Source of the DNA: an uncultured Acidobacteriota bacterium
Lineage (GTDB): Bacteria; Acidobacteriota; UBA6911; CAINFC01
DNA length: 64,000 nucleotides
Direction: 5' to 3'
Assembly (NCBI GenBank): GCA_903847975.1
Contig: CAINFC010000242.1
Span: 13,187 to 77,186 of the forward strand
The notes below the pieces were generated by a model. It was given only the letters and a program-made list of their open reading frames with translations. It made no database searches and was not told where the DNA came from. A program made the translations under genes and the position numbers. This document shows positions 18,481 to 28,760 of the stretch, piece by piece (positions within the stretch are counted from its first letter, which is position 1; every line of letters begins with the position of its first letter).

Positions 18481-20007
18481 ATGGATGTTATGACCCGACG
18501 TTCTTTTGTGAAGTCCGCTTCGGCCGGCACTGCCGGAGGAGCATGGGTGCTGCCGGGAGCATGGCTGCAAAGCAGCCCCGCGGCCCCAAGCGGCTATTTT
18601 TCTTCCGAGTTTGGGATTTCCGACGAGCTCTGCAAAAAAGTGCTGGCCACTGCCCTGGCCAAAGGCGGAGATTTTGCGGACCTTTTTTTCGAACACACGA
18701 TTCGCAATTATGTGATCCTGGAAGACGGCAAGGTCAATCGGGCCTATGGGTCCGTGGCCCTTGGCGTGGGAATCCGAACGGTCAAAGGCGACCAGGTGGG
18801 CTACGGATTCACCCAGGAACTCCATGAAAAATCGATGTTGACCGCCGCCGCCACCGCCGCCACCATTGCCGGTGGATCGACGCAAGGACCGGTGGCGGCA
18901 TGGCATAGCGGAAAGGCGCAGAATTACTACCCGCTCTCCCGTCTTTATACCCAGGTGCCGCTGACTGAAAAACTGCCCCTGGTCCAATCCGCCAATGACA
19001 AGTGCTTCCGCCTTTCCCCTCAGATCGTCAAAGTAAACGCAGTATTGTCGGACGAACAAAAACGAATCCTGATTGTCACCAGCGACGGCGCCCGGGTGGA
19101 AGATCTGCAGCCGAACAGCTACCTTTCCGTCTCGGTAACCGCCGAAAAGAGCGGCAGGCGTGAGCGTGCCGGGTGGAATCAGGGCGGCCGCAAGGACTTC
19201 TCCTTCTACACCCCTGCCCTGGTGGATGAGCTTTGCCAGGAAGCCGTGCAGCGGGTGCTGGTGCTTTTCGAGGCCCAGAAGCCGCCGGCAGGAGAAATGC
19301 CGGTGGTGCTCGGACCGGGCGTAACGGGAATCCTTCTGCATGAGGCGATCGGTCACGGCATGGAAGCGGATTTCAACCGCAAAAAAATTTCCACCTATGC
19401 CACCATGATCGGTAAGAAAGTCGCGGAGCCGTTTGTCTCCATTATTGACGACGGCACGCAGGAGGGCATGGTAGGCTCGCTCAACGTGGACGACGAGGGC
19501 ACCGCCACGCAGAAGACCGTTCTGGTCGACAAGGGCATTCTGTCCAGCTACATGCACGACAAGATTTCCGCCCGGTTCTATCGGGTGAAGCCCACCGGCA
19601 ACGGCCGGCGCGAAAGCTATGAGCACTATGTGCAGCCGCGCATGCGCAACACCTACATGCCGGCCGGCCCGGCCACTCCGGAAGAGGTCATCCGCAGCGT
19701 ATCCAAAGGGATATACGTCAAGGATGTCAGCAACGGACAGGTCAAGATAGGGGAAGGCGACTTCGCCTTCTATGTTTCCCAGGGTCAGATGATCGAAAAC
19801 GGCAAGCTCACGGCTCCGATCAAAGACGTCAATATCATGGGCAACGGCCCCAAAATGCTGGCCAACGTCACCATGGTTGCCAACGATCTGCAATTTTATC
19901 GCGGGGGAGCAGGCATGTGCGGCAAGGGAGGGCAGGGAGTGTCTGTGGGATTTGGACAGCCGACCATTCTGGTGAAATCCATGACGGTAGGCGGCTTGAA
20001 CGGATAA
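18481..20007 (+). CDS. tldD: TldD metalloprotease with twin-arginine leader
   Basis: HEAIGH, DDEG, PRMRNTY, CGKGGQ; GGAGG RBS. Confidence 0.92.
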   Translation: MDVMTRRSFVKSASAGTAGGAWVLPGAWLQSSPAAPSGYFSSEFGISDELCKKVLATALAKGGDFADLFFEHTIRNYVILEDGKVNRAYGSVALGVGIRTVKGDQVGYGFTQELHEKSMLTAAATAATIAGGSTQGPVAAWHSGKAQNYYPLSRLYTQVPLTEKLPLVQSANDKCFRLSPQIVKVNAVLSDEQKRILIVTSDGARVEDLQPNSYLSVSVTAEKSGRRERAGWNQGGRKDFSFYTPALVDELCQEAVQRVLVLFEAQKPPAGEMPVVLGPGVTGILLHEAIGHGMEADFNRKKISTYATMIGKKVAEPFVSIIDDGTQEGMVGSLNVDDEGTATQKTVLVDKGILSSYMHDKISARFYRVKPTGNGRRESYEHYVQPRMRNTYMPAGPATPEEVIRSVSKGIYVKDVSNGQVKIGEGDFAFYVSQGQMIENGKLTAPIKDVNIMGNGPKMLANVTMVANDLQFYRGGAGMCGKGGQGVSVGFGQPTILVKSMTVGGLNG

Positions 20008-20018
20008 GGAGACGAATC

Positions 20019-21341
20019 ATGAATAAGGAATTGCACGATCTGGCCTCCTGGGCCATGGAAACCGCCAAAAAGGCGGGGGCGGCGGCAAGCCGGGTGAGCA
20101 TCAACCGCGATCGCTCCGTGGAAATCAGCTACCGCGAGCGCAAGCCGGAGAACATCAAGGAAGCCTCCAAGCGAGGCCTGAGCATCGATTTGTACGTGAA
20201 CGGCCGCTATTCCAGCCAGTCCACTTCGGATTTGCGCCGGGAGTCGCTGCAGAAATTTATTGCCGATGCCGTGGCCGTTACCAAACTGCTGGCCGAGGAT
20301 CCTCAGCGGACTTTGCCGGATCCCCGGTTGTATGAGGGCCGCAGCCAGACGGACCTGGGAGTCAACGACTCCTCGTACCAGGGCTATACACCCGAGGACC
20401 GGCACCGTACGGCACGAAGCGTGGAGGACGCCTGCCTCCAAACCGGCGGCGATAAGGTTATTTCCGTGACCTCCTCGGTGCAGGACGGATTCAGTGAATC
20501 GGTGATGCTCTCCAGCAACGGCTTTGACGGCTACCAGTCCGGCACCTATTACTCAGTCGGGGCCAGCATGACTGCCCAGGATGCCGGCGACCGACGTCCC
20601 AACGGCTATCATTTCGTGACAACCGTCAAAAGGCAGGACCTGCCCGCCGCAGGCGCCATCGGAGCGGAAGCCGCCCGCCAAACACTGGATCTGATGGGGG
20701 CCAGGAAGATCAAGACCGAGACTCTTCCGGTGATCATCCGCAACCAGGACGTACCGCGGTGGATGTTCGGCCTGGTGTCCGCCATGTACGGATCCAATGT
20801 CCAGCAGAAGCGTTCTTTCCTGGCGGATAAAAAGGGGAGCAAAATCGCCAGCGAGAAGCTCACCCTGGTGGACGATCCGCTTTTCCAAGGGGGACTCGGC
20901 TCGCAGCTTTACGACAACGACGGCCTGGCATCGCGAAAGCGGACGATGATTGAAAAGGGAGTGCTCCGGGATTTTTATGTGGACTGGTATTACAGCCGCA
21001 AGCTGGGCTGGGAACCCACGACGGGATCTCCGTCCAACCTGCTTATTCCCGCCGGCAGCCGCTCCCTGGCGGCCATCATGAAAGATCTGGGCCGCGGCAT
21101 TCTGATCACCGGCTTTATCGGCGGTAATTCGAACAGCACTACCGGCGACGCCTCCATCGGTATTCTCGGCAAGCTCTTTGAAAAAGGGGTTCCGGTTCAA
21201 TCCATTGCGGAAATGAACATCGCCGACAATCACCTGAAATTCTGGCAGAAGCTGGTGGAAGTCGCCGATGACCCCTATCCTTACTCCTCCTGGAGGACCC
21301 CCAGCCTGGTGTTCCAGGATGTGGTGGTTTCCGGCGTGTAA
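20019..21341 (+). CDS. pmbA: TldE/PmbA family protein
   Basis: AGGAG RBS; SFL...LVDDP, DNDG, NSTTGDAS; lacks HExxH; follows tldD. Confidence 0.88.
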   Translation: MNKELHDLASWAMETAKKAGAAASRVSINRDRSVEISYRERKPENIKEASKRGLSIDLYVNGRYSSQSTSDLRRESLQKFIADAVAVTKLLAEDPQRTLPDPRLYEGRSQTDLGVNDSSYQGYTPEDRHRTARSVEDACLQTGGDKVISVTSSVQDGFSESVMLSSNGFDGYQSGTYYSVGASMTAQDAGDRRPNGYHFVTTVKRQDLPAAGAIGAEAARQTLDLMGARKIKTETLPVIIRNQDVPRWMFGLVSAMYGSNVQQKRSFLADKKGSKIASEKLTLVDDPLFQGGLGSQLYDNDGLASRKRTMIEKGVLRDFYVDWYYSRKLGWEPTTGSPSNLLIPAGSRSLAAIMKDLGRGILITGFIGGNSNSTTGDASIGILGKLFEKGVPVQSIAEMNIADNHLKFWQKLVEVADDPYPYSSWRTPSLVFQDVVVSGV

Positions 21342-21373
21342 CCCCCAACCCTTCCTTCATCTCCGCAGGAATC

Positions 21374-21408
21374 ACGCCGGTCCTCCTCAAGGACCGGCGT
21401 TCCTTTTT
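21374..21408 (+). terminator. Intrinsic terminator after tldDE
   Basis: ACGCCGGTCCT-cctca-AGGACCGGCGT followed by TCCTTTTT. Confidence 0.7.
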
Positions 21409-21447
21409 CACTTCCCGCTTCGGGGTTCCAGCGCAGGCCGGAACCGT

Positions 21448-21476
21448 TTGACAGCCTTTGGGGAGACGGATACAAT
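21448..21476 (+). promoter_or_regulatory. Sigma70 promoter, probably leaderless
   Basis: TTGACA-17 bp-TACAAT, 6 nt before ATG 21483. Confidence 0.75.
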
Positions 21477-21482
21477 CCTGCC

Positions 21483-22532
21483 ATGGATATCCTCATTGTG
21501 GATGACACGGTTGCCAACCTTACCTTGCTGATCCACCTGCTTAAGGAAAAGGGCCACCGGATCAGGCCGGTTACCAGCGGAGAAATGGCACTCAAACGGG
21601 TGGAAAAAGAACCCCCCGACCTGATTCTCCTGGATATCAACATGCCGGGGATGAACGGTTTCGAGGTTTGCCGCCGACTGAAGGAAGACCCGCGATTCAT
21701 TTCCATTCCGGTCATTTTCATCAGCGCACTCTCCGAGACCATGGACAAAGCGGCTGCGTTCACCTGCGGCGGCGTGGATTACATTACCAAGCCGTTCCAG
21801 TTCGAGGAAGTGATGGCCCGGGTGGAAACCCATTTGAAGCTCCGCCGCTATGAGGTTTCCATGGAATCCTTGGTAAAGGAGCAGGTAAAAGAAGCCGCCG
21901 GCCGGCAACTCGCCGCGGCCGCCTCCCTGACCAGGCTGGCCGAAAAGCGCGACGGTTGGACTGCCGGTCATCTGGAGCGAGTGCCGATTTTCTGCCGCAC
22001 GCTCGCCGAAAGACTCCGCTCCGACGAGTCGCCCTACCGCAGCGAGATTACCCGGGAGTTCGTCGAGGATCTGGTCCGGGCCTGTGTTCTGCACGATATC
22101 GGCAAGATAGCCGTTCCCGAAGAGCTTCTTCGGAAACCAGGTTGCCTCACCCCGGAGGAATTCGAAACCGTGAAGCGCCATGCCATTGCCGGCGCCCAGG
22201 CACTCGAGGAATCGATACCGCCCGGCGGGAAAAATACCCTGCTCCGCACAGCGGTTGCCATAGCACGACACCATCATGAGCGATGGGATGGCTGCGGCTA
22301 CCCGGACGGTTTAGCCGGGACCTTTACCCCGCTGGCGGCGCGCATCCTGGCCGTTGCCGATGTATGGGATGTCCTGAACTCCGACCGGGCTTACCGGAAG
22401 GCCTTCCCTTTTGAGGAATGCTGCCGGATCCTGGACCAGAGCAGCGGCAGCCATTTCGACCCGGCCATTATCCGTGCTTTTCGGGAATCCCGAGAGGAGT
22501 TCCGGTCCATCCGGAACCGGGTGACCGAATAG
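21483..22532 (+). CDS. REC-HD-GYP response regulator (RpfG-like cyclic dinucleotide phosphodiesterase)
   Basis: ILIVDD, LLDINMP; HDIGK; HHERWDGCGYPDGL. Confidence 0.92.
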   Translation: MDILIVDDTVANLTLLIHLLKEKGHRIRPVTSGEMALKRVEKEPPDLILLDINMPGMNGFEVCRRLKEDPRFISIPVIFISALSETMDKAAAFTCGGVDYITKPFQFEEVMARVETHLKLRRYEVSMESLVKEQVKEAAGRQLAAAASLTRLAEKRDGWTAGHLERVPIFCRTLAERLRSDESPYRSEITREFVEDLVRACVLHDIGKIAVPEELLRKPGCLTPEEFETVKRHAIAGAQALEESIPPGGKNTLLRTAVAIARHHHERWDGCGYPDGLAGTFTPLAARILAVADVWDVLNSDRAYRKAFPFEECCRILDQSSGSHFDPAIIRAFRESREEFRSIRNRVTE

Positions 22533-22643
22533 GAATGGAGCCATCGAGGGCCGACATGATACCGATAAGGGCTCGCCAAAGGGCACCTTTCCTTTACGCG
22601 CCTCCCCTGTGCTGCTCTTTTATTTTCCGACGCGGTTCCCAAC

Positions 22644-25523
22644 ATGGCATCCGCCCTTAGGTCCGAGACCGCCGAAGCGGTATTGAATGAATGGCGCACC
22701 CGTATCCTGAACGGGTTTCTGATCCTCACCGTGATCGCGGAGTTGATCGGGCTGAGCGCCAGCATCCTGGAGGCCGTCCACAATCCGCAGCAGTGGATCT
22801 CCGTATTTCTGTATGGCATCCTGGCCATTCCGCCGATCCTTTTGGCCATTTTTCGCCGCATCGACTACCAAATCCGCGCCTGGGGCATTCTTGCGGTCGC
22901 CTACACGGTCAGCCTGATTGTTCTGGCAACCCTCGGCCTGAGCGGAAGCGGACGCCTCTATCTGCTGAGCCTGCCGGTGGCCGCCACCATTCTGCTGGGC
23001 ATCCGGTCGGGAATTCTGGTGGCGGTGGTCAGTGTAATCACCCTGTTCCTTTTCTCTTTTCTGGCCGGATCTACGACCCTCCTTCTTCCGTGGATCCGGG
23101 AGCGCAACTCGCTGTCCATGGCGGACTGGCTGGCCGAAAGCAGCGACACCCTGATGCTGCTGCTGGTCAACATGTCGCTGCTGGTCCTTTTCTACCGGTT
23201 TCAGGAAAAGCTGATCTCCCGGGAACGTCGCTCCCAGACCATCATCGAAGAGCAGAATGCCACGCTGGAGGAGCGCATCGAAGAGCGCACCGCCGAACTT
23301 CGCCGCAGCGAGGAGCAGTACCGCCTGCTGGCCGAAAACAGCGGCGACGTCATCTTCACTATGGCCCCCGATCTGCGCTTCACCTATGTCAGCCCCTCCA
23401 TCCTGAAGATGATCGGAACTCCCGCCGATCAGGTGATGAAAATGAATTTCCAGGAACTCGGCACGCCCGAATCCCTGGAAAGGGTGATGGCCGAGTACCG
23501 AAGGATCCTCCCTCTGGTCCAGGCAGGCCAAAGCCCGACCTCCCTGATGGAAGTCGAACATTTCCGCGCGGACGGCACGACGGTATGGTCGGAGGTATCG
23601 GTGCGCACCATGCGCGACAGCCAGGGAAACCACGCTGGATATGTCGGTGTTTCCCGCGATATTGATTCGAGGAAGCGAAGCGAGCGCGCCCTGCGGGAAT
23701 CCGAGCGCCGCCTGGCGGATATCATCGATTTTCTGCCGATCGCCACTTTGGTGATCGACAACGCAGGCCGGGTCGCTGCATGGAACCGGGCTCTCGAGGA
23801 GATGACCGGGTTCAGGAGCGAGGACATGCTCGGCAAGGGAAATTATGAATATGCCGTTCCCTTTTACGGAGAGAGGCGTCCCATCCTGATCGATATGGTG
23901 GACGCTCCCGACCGCCATCCGGGGACCGGATACCGGAATGTCCGGCTCCAGGGAGGCATCCTGACCGCCGAGTCGCAGGCCACTCTCGCGGGGAAGGATG
24001 TGGTGCTGATGGGATTTGCCGGACGGCTGCTCGGCGCCGACGGCGAGGTATGCGGCGCGATCGAATCGATTCGCGACGTGACCGACCTTCGCCGCGCAGA
24101 GGCAAAACTGAAAGAAGCGCGGGATGCCGCGGAAGCCGCCAACCGTTCCAAAAGCATTTTCCTGGCCAACATGTCCCACGAGATCCGCACGCCGATGAAC
24201 GCCATCCTGGGCTTCGTGCAGCTGATGAACCACGATTCCCAGCTGACGGAGGAGCAGAGGGAGCACCTGGAAATCATCCATCGCAGCGGCGCCCATCTGC
24301 TGGCCCTGATTAACGACATCCTGGAACTGTCGAAAATCGAAGCTGGCCGCTCCGAATTCCTGCCCGGCCGCTTCGACCTGCACAAGCTGCTGGACGACAT
24401 GGCGGTTATGTTCCGGGTCCGCACCCAGGATAAGAAGCTCTGGCTGCGGTTCGAAAGGGAGGATGAGGTGCCGCGGTGGGTGTCTACCGACGAAGGCAAG
24501 CTCCGCCAGGTGCTGATCAACCTGATTGGCAATGCGGTCAAGTTCACCGCCAGCGGAGGAGTCTGCGTGCGCGCCGGAACCGGCCAGGAAAACGGGCAGC
24601 CCATCCTCTGTTTCGAAGTCGAAGACACCGGACCGGGCATCTCCCCCGAAGAGGCCCCCCATCTATTCAAAGCCTTCGAACAGGCCAGCGCCGGCCTGCG
24701 GATCGGAGGAACCGGCCTGGGGCTGGCCCTCTGCCGTGGTTTCGTGGAAATCATGGGCGGTATCCTTTCGGTATCCAGCGAAGTGGACCGGGGGAGCACC
24801 TTTCGCTTCTCGATTCCCATCCGCGCTGCGGAAGGATCTGTGGCGGAGGCCCCGGAGGAACGGAAAAGAATCCTGCGCCTGGAACTCACGATGGGGGAAG
24901 TTCGCGTACTGGTGGTGGACGACAGGGAAACCAACCGGCAGTTTCTCTCCCGGATGCTTTCCATGGCCGGCTTCTCCATTCGCGAAGCGGCCAACGGATT
25001 GGAGGCCATCGAGCAGTTCCGCACATGGCACCCCAGGATCATCCTGATGGACATGTCTATGCCGGTCATGAGCGGATATGAGGCTCTGCAGGCGATCAAA
25101 AAGACTCCGGAAGGCAGGCAGACGGTGGTCATCGCCGTCACCGCCAGCGCCTTTCACGACGACCGGCAGAAAATTCTGGAAGCCGGGGCGGACGGATACC
25201 TGTCCAAACCTTTCCTGGAGGAAGACCTCCTCGAAACGATCGGACGCCTGGCCCGGCTCGATTATCTTTACGATGGGGAAGAGCCGGATGGCGTCCAAAC
25301 AGCGGCCGAACCCGCACCCATTTCCGCGGCAGACCTGGCTTCCCTGCCCTCAGAACTCAGGAGCGCCTGCATGGAAGCCGCAGAGAATGCCGATTTCTTT
25401 TTACTGGAGGAGCAGATTCGGAAGATTTCCGATTTCAGCCCGACCGTGGCGGAGCGCCTTGCCGACCTTGCCGGCCGTTACCACTACGAAGGAATTCTCG
25501 CGCTCCTGTCCCCGCGGAATTGA
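22644..25523 (+). CDS. Membrane hybrid histidine kinase (TM region, 2 PAS, HisKA, HATPase, REC)
   Basis: FLANMSHEIRTPMN; GNAVKFT; GTGLGL; LMDMSMP. Confidence 0.93.
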   Translation: MASALRSETAEAVLNEWRTRILNGFLILTVIAELIGLSASILEAVHNPQQWISVFLYGILAIPPILLAIFRRIDYQIRAWGILAVAYTVSLIVLATLGLSGSGRLYLLSLPVAATILLGIRSGILVAVVSVITLFLFSFLAGSTTLLLPWIRERNSLSMADWLAESSDTLMLLLVNMSLLVLFYRFQEKLISRERRSQTIIEEQNATLEERIEERTAELRRSEEQYRLLAENSGDVIFTMAPDLRFTYVSPSILKMIGTPADQVMKMNFQELGTPESLERVMAEYRRILPLVQAGQSPTSLMEVEHFRADGTTVWSEVSVRTMRDSQGNHAGYVGVSRDIDSRKRSERALRESERRLADIIDFLPIATLVIDNAGRVAAWNRALEEMTGFRSEDMLGKGNYEYAVPFYGERRPILIDMVDAPDRHPGTGYRNVRLQGGILTAESQATLAGKDVVLMGFAGRLLGADGEVCGAIESIRDVTDLRRAEAKLKEARDAAEAANRSKSIFLANMSHEIRTPMNAILGFVQLMNHDSQLTEEQREHLEIIHRSGAHLLALINDILELSKIEAGRSEFLPGRFDLHKLLDDMAVMFRVRTQDKKLWLRFEREDEVPRWVSTDEGKLRQVLINLIGNAVKFTASGGVCVRAGTGQENGQPILCFEVEDTGPGISPEEAPHLFKAFEQASAGLRIGGTGLGLALCRGFVEIMGGILSVSSEVDRGSTFRFSIPIRAAEGSVAEAPEERKRILRLELTMGEVRVLVVDDRETNRQFLSRMLSMAGFSIREAANGLEAIEQFRTWHPRIILMDMSMPVMSGYEALQAIKKTPEGRQTVVIAVTASAFHDDRQKILEAGADGYLSKPFLEEDLLETIGRLARLDYLYDGEEPDGVQTAAEPAPISAADLASLPSELRSACMEAAENADFFLLEEQIRKISDFSPTVAERLADLAGRYHYEGILALLSPRN

Positions 25524-25719
25524 CTTGCCCGGCCGACCGGTGCAATTTCAGGTAAATCGGAAACGCGGCGCAAACGCTGCCTGTTCGCAGACAGGGGTGA
25601 CCAGATCGAGAATGGTGCTTCCCGCCGACCTGGAGCGCCTGCTGAATCCGGTCAAAACCGATATGCGGCGCTTCCTTGCCGAAAATCCGTAATGAGGGCC
25701 GGCGTCAGACTTACCGACT

Positions 25720-27162
25720 TCATTTCCCGGAGCCGGCGATGGCGTAAAGTGCGGATGGAGTAGCGATATAAAGAGCGCCGTTGGCGGCCACGGGAGTGCT
25801 GTAAACCGCGGCTCCCATGGAATTTTCGGCGATCTTTTTCAATTCCTTTCCGGCTTCCAGAACGATCACGTCCCCGTCTTCATCCCCAAGGTATACCTTG
25901 CTGTCGGCCGCCAGCGGAGAACCCCAGACGGCACCCAGCATGTCGTAGCTCCAGTGCGGCTTACCGGTTTTGCGGTCCAGGCAGTAGAAAAATCCACTGA
26001 AATCGGAGATAAAGACCAGCCCGTCGAGCACCGCTGCCGTGGAAAGGGAGCGGCGTATTTCATCGAAGCGCCAGACGCGGCCCGCTTCGGTGATATCTCC
26101 CCGCCCGGATCCGTCGATGCAGTACATGTGGCCGATTCCCTCCCCGTTTTCCGGGTCCTGCCCGATGGCCAGGAAGACCTGGCCGTCCTGAATCACGGGA
26201 GTGGCAATTCCGTCGTTGCGGGTTCGCGGCCAGACGGCATCTTTGGGATTCAGGTCGAAAGACCAAAGTTTTTCCCCGGTCAGGGCGTCGAATCCGTAGA
26301 GCCATCCGTCGCCTCCGGGGAAAAAGGCCTGCCACCGGCCGCCCGCCTGCCCGATGGAAGGTGAGGACCACTGTCCGTGAAGGATGCGGTTTCCCGGAGA
26401 ACTGTCTTTCCAGGCCACCTTCCCGGTTTTTCTGTGGACCGCCAGGAAACTGGGGGCCTGGGGAGACGGGATGTTTCTGTGGCTTTCGTCGTGTCCGTTG
26501 GAGGTAATCAGAAAGACCAGATCGCCCCAGACCGCCGGCGAAGAGTTGGCCATATTATGCGGGAAAACGCCCAGCTCCTTCATCATGTCCAGATTCCAGA
26601 CGATATCTCCGTCGATCGGCCCGTGATATCTCTCGCCTTGAAAAGGGCCGTCGTTCCTCCCGTCGAGAAATCCTTCCGTATCCAGGCAAAGCAGCTCGCC
26701 CCGGTTGGTCACGTAATAAAGAAATTTCCCGTCCACCGCCGGAGAGGAGCACACTCCCTGCTCCGGCCAATCGTTGCCCTTTCCCGATTCCAGCTTGTCG
26801 GAAACCATCTGCCAGAGGAATTGGCCGTCCGACTCGCGGAAGCACATCAGAATCCCCTTGTCGCCGCGTATGTCGGGATTTCGCGGATTCCCGTTATTGG
26901 TACCCACAAATACCTTCCCGCCCGAGATGACCGGATTCCCGTAAGAGGTGGTCCCGAGCTTCGATTGCCATCGGATATTCCGTCCTGTTTTCCGGTCCCA
27001 GGAGGAGGGCAGTCCAGAAGCCTTGGAAACCATGTTCCGGGAAACCGTACCGCCCCACATAGGCCAGTCCTGGGCTTCCAGGGACCAAGCGGCCGACAGC
27101 AACAGCAGCAGGCGGAGCATCACCGGGTCGATTCGGCCACGGGAAAAGAGTTTCGAGAGCAT
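25720..27162 (-). CDS. PQQ-binding-like beta-propeller protein
   Basis: Signal peptide then DWPMWGG; repeated SSP and D..TG...W motifs; start may be the downstream Met. Confidence 0.85.
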   Translation of the reverse strand: MLSKLFSRGRIDPVMLRLLLLLSAAWSLEAQDWPMWGGTVSRNMVSKASGLPSSWDRKTGRNIRWQSKLGTTSYGNPVISGGKVFVGTNNGNPRNPDIRGDKGILMCFRESDGQFLWQMVSDKLESGKGNDWPEQGVCSSPAVDGKFLYYVTNRGELLCLDTEGFLDGRNDGPFQGERYHGPIDGDIVWNLDMMKELGVFPHNMANSSPAVWGDLVFLITSNGHDESHRNIPSPQAPSFLAVHRKTGKVAWKDSSPGNRILHGQWSSPSIGQAGGRWQAFFPGGDGWLYGFDALTGEKLWSFDLNPKDAVWPRTRNDGIATPVIQDGQVFLAIGQDPENGEGIGHMYCIDGSGRGDITEAGRVWRFDEIRRSLSTAAVLDGLVFISDFSGFFYCLDRKTGKPHWSYDMLGAVWGSPLAADSKVYLGDEDGDVIVLEAGKELKKIAENSMGAAVYSTPVAANGALYIATPSALYAIAGSGK

Positions 27163-27207
27163 GCGAATTACCGCCGAAAAGATGAATGGTTGAAAAATGA
27201 ACCGAGG

Positions 27208-28638
27208 CTAATTCTTTTTCTCCGCCGGCGCGGCGAAGCAATACAGGGTCCGGTAGGTGCGCACAAAAAGCCGGCCGTCGGCGATGGCCGGGGTTCCCTT
27301 GCACCCGTCCCCCATATCGTTGACCTGCAGGATCTGCCATTCGGCCCCGGCCTGCAGGACCGCGACTTTCCCCTCCTCGCTGGCCGTGTAAATTTTTCCG
27401 TCCGCCGCCAGCGGCGATGCATAATACTCGCCCGGAGCACCCTGCAAACGGGCCTGCTTGCGAATCTCCCCGGTGCGCATATCGAAGGAGGTGAAAATGC
27501 CCCCCTCCTTCAGGGTGTACAGCACATCCCGATAGACCAGGGGCGAAGGGACATTGGGCAGCGTGCGCGCATTCTTCCACAGGAGATGCGACTCGGTCAG
27601 ATCCCCCTTGCCTCCCAGGCGGTAGGCCCGCAGTCCGTTTTCCCCGAGCCGGCGCTCCTGGAACTGCTGCCAGTCGTGTTCCTCGAGGAAGCCGGAATTG
27701 TCGAGATCCAGATATTCGTCGAAACGGTCCCGGGCCCGGGGATCGCTCAATTCCTCCTTGGAAAGCCTGCCGTCGCCGTTGCGGTCCATCTGACGGATGG
27801 CCTCCGCAAACGGCGGGACCGTTTCCTGGCTGCCGGGATCCGATTCCCCGGAGTAGGTGACAAAGAAAATTTCATTGCCGTAAATCACCGGGGTCGGTTT
27901 GATCTGCCAAGGCAGCCTGCGGATCCACCAAAGCTCCTCTCCGGTCCGGAGATCATAGCCGGACAGGCGGAAGGAGCCGGCCACCAGTACCTGCCTCACC
28001 CCCGCCGGATCCTGGTAGAGCACGGGTGTGGAATAGCCCCGCTGGGCATGCGGGCGCTCCTTGCGCCACAAAAGGCGACCGGTGCTTTTGTCGACCGCCA
28101 GCAGAAAGGATCCGGTGTCCTGGTCGACGTTCATCAGCAGTTTTTCATCTGCCAGAATGGGCGAGGCGCCGTGCCCGAACGGATTGTTGAAAGGACCGAG
28201 AGGTATGCGCCACAATTCCTGGCCTGCGGCGCTGTAGGCCAGAAGCCCGAAATCCTGGAAGAAGACCCAGACGCTTTTTCCGTCGCTGACCGGACTGGCG
28301 GAGGCCGGTCCGTTCGACGGCCGCTCGATAACCTGTTTGCGCGGGCGGGGCGCCTCGTTTTTCCAGAGGATCTTTCCCGTGGCCTGGTCCAGGGCGAGTG
28401 TGATCAGCGAGTCCCCCTCAAAGCCGGTCAGATAAATCCGGCCGCCGGCCACCACAGGCGACGAGTTGCCCATCGGCACCGCTGTTTTCCAGACCACATT
28501 TTCAGAAGGGCCGAAAGCGGTGGGCAGTCCGGTGTCCTGCGCAACACCGCTGCTATTGGGACCGCGGAATTGCGGCCAGTCGGCCGCAGCCGGCCGGGCG
28601 GAGCAGAAGAGCAGAAAAATCGCAAAAATCATAGCCAT
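27208..28638 (-). CDS. PQQ-binding-like beta-propeller protein with an EF-hand pair insertion
   Basis: DWPQFRGP; DRNGDGRLSKEE and DLDNSGFLEEHD. Confidence 0.85.
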   Translation of the reverse strand: MAMIFAIFLLFCSARPAAADWPQFRGPNSSGVAQDTGLPTAFGPSENVVWKTAVPMGNSSPVVAGGRIYLTGFEGDSLITLALDQATGKILWKNEAPRPRKQVIERPSNGPASASPVSDGKSVWVFFQDFGLLAYSAAGQELWRIPLGPFNNPFGHGASPILADEKLLMNVDQDTGSFLLAVDKSTGRLLWRKERPHAQRGYSTPVLYQDPAGVRQVLVAGSFRLSGYDLRTGEELWWIRRLPWQIKPTPVIYGNEIFFVTYSGESDPGSQETVPPFAEAIRQMDRNGDGRLSKEELSDPRARDRFDEYLDLDNSGFLEEHDWQQFQERRLGENGLRAYRLGGKGDLTESHLLWKNARTLPNVPSPLVYRDVLYTLKEGGIFTSFDMRTGEIRKQARLQGAPGEYYASPLAADGKIYTASEEGKVAVLQAGAEWQILQVNDMGDGCKGTPAIADGRLFVRTYRTLYCFAAPAEKKN

Positions 28639-28721
28639 ACGGTTTATCTCCCTTTAGGGGTGCCTTTTAGCACCGTAATTATAGATTAACCCATCCGCGT
28701 CAAAACTATCCAAAACATTAC

Positions 28722-28750
28722 TTGACTCCCATGTTAGGCTATGCTAACTT
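28722..28750 (+). promoter_or_regulatory. Sigma70 promoter overlapped by a DtxR/MntR-type operator
   Basis: TTGACT-17 bp-(TGn)TAACTT; palindrome GTTAG-GCTATG-CTAAC at 28733-28748. Confidence 0.75.
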
Positions 28751-28760
28751 TGTTAGATAT

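Noticed and set aside
9224-21341. RiPP cluster formed by the rSAM/SPASM enzyme and TldDE
   Set aside because: The genes are 8 kb apart in different units, with no precursor peptide, RRE/PqqD, YcaO or exporter.
25524-25692. Short coding-like stretch (MVLPADLERLLNPVKTDMRRFLAENP)
   Set aside because: Too short, with no clear RBS or recognisable family; could be a remnant but cannot be supported.
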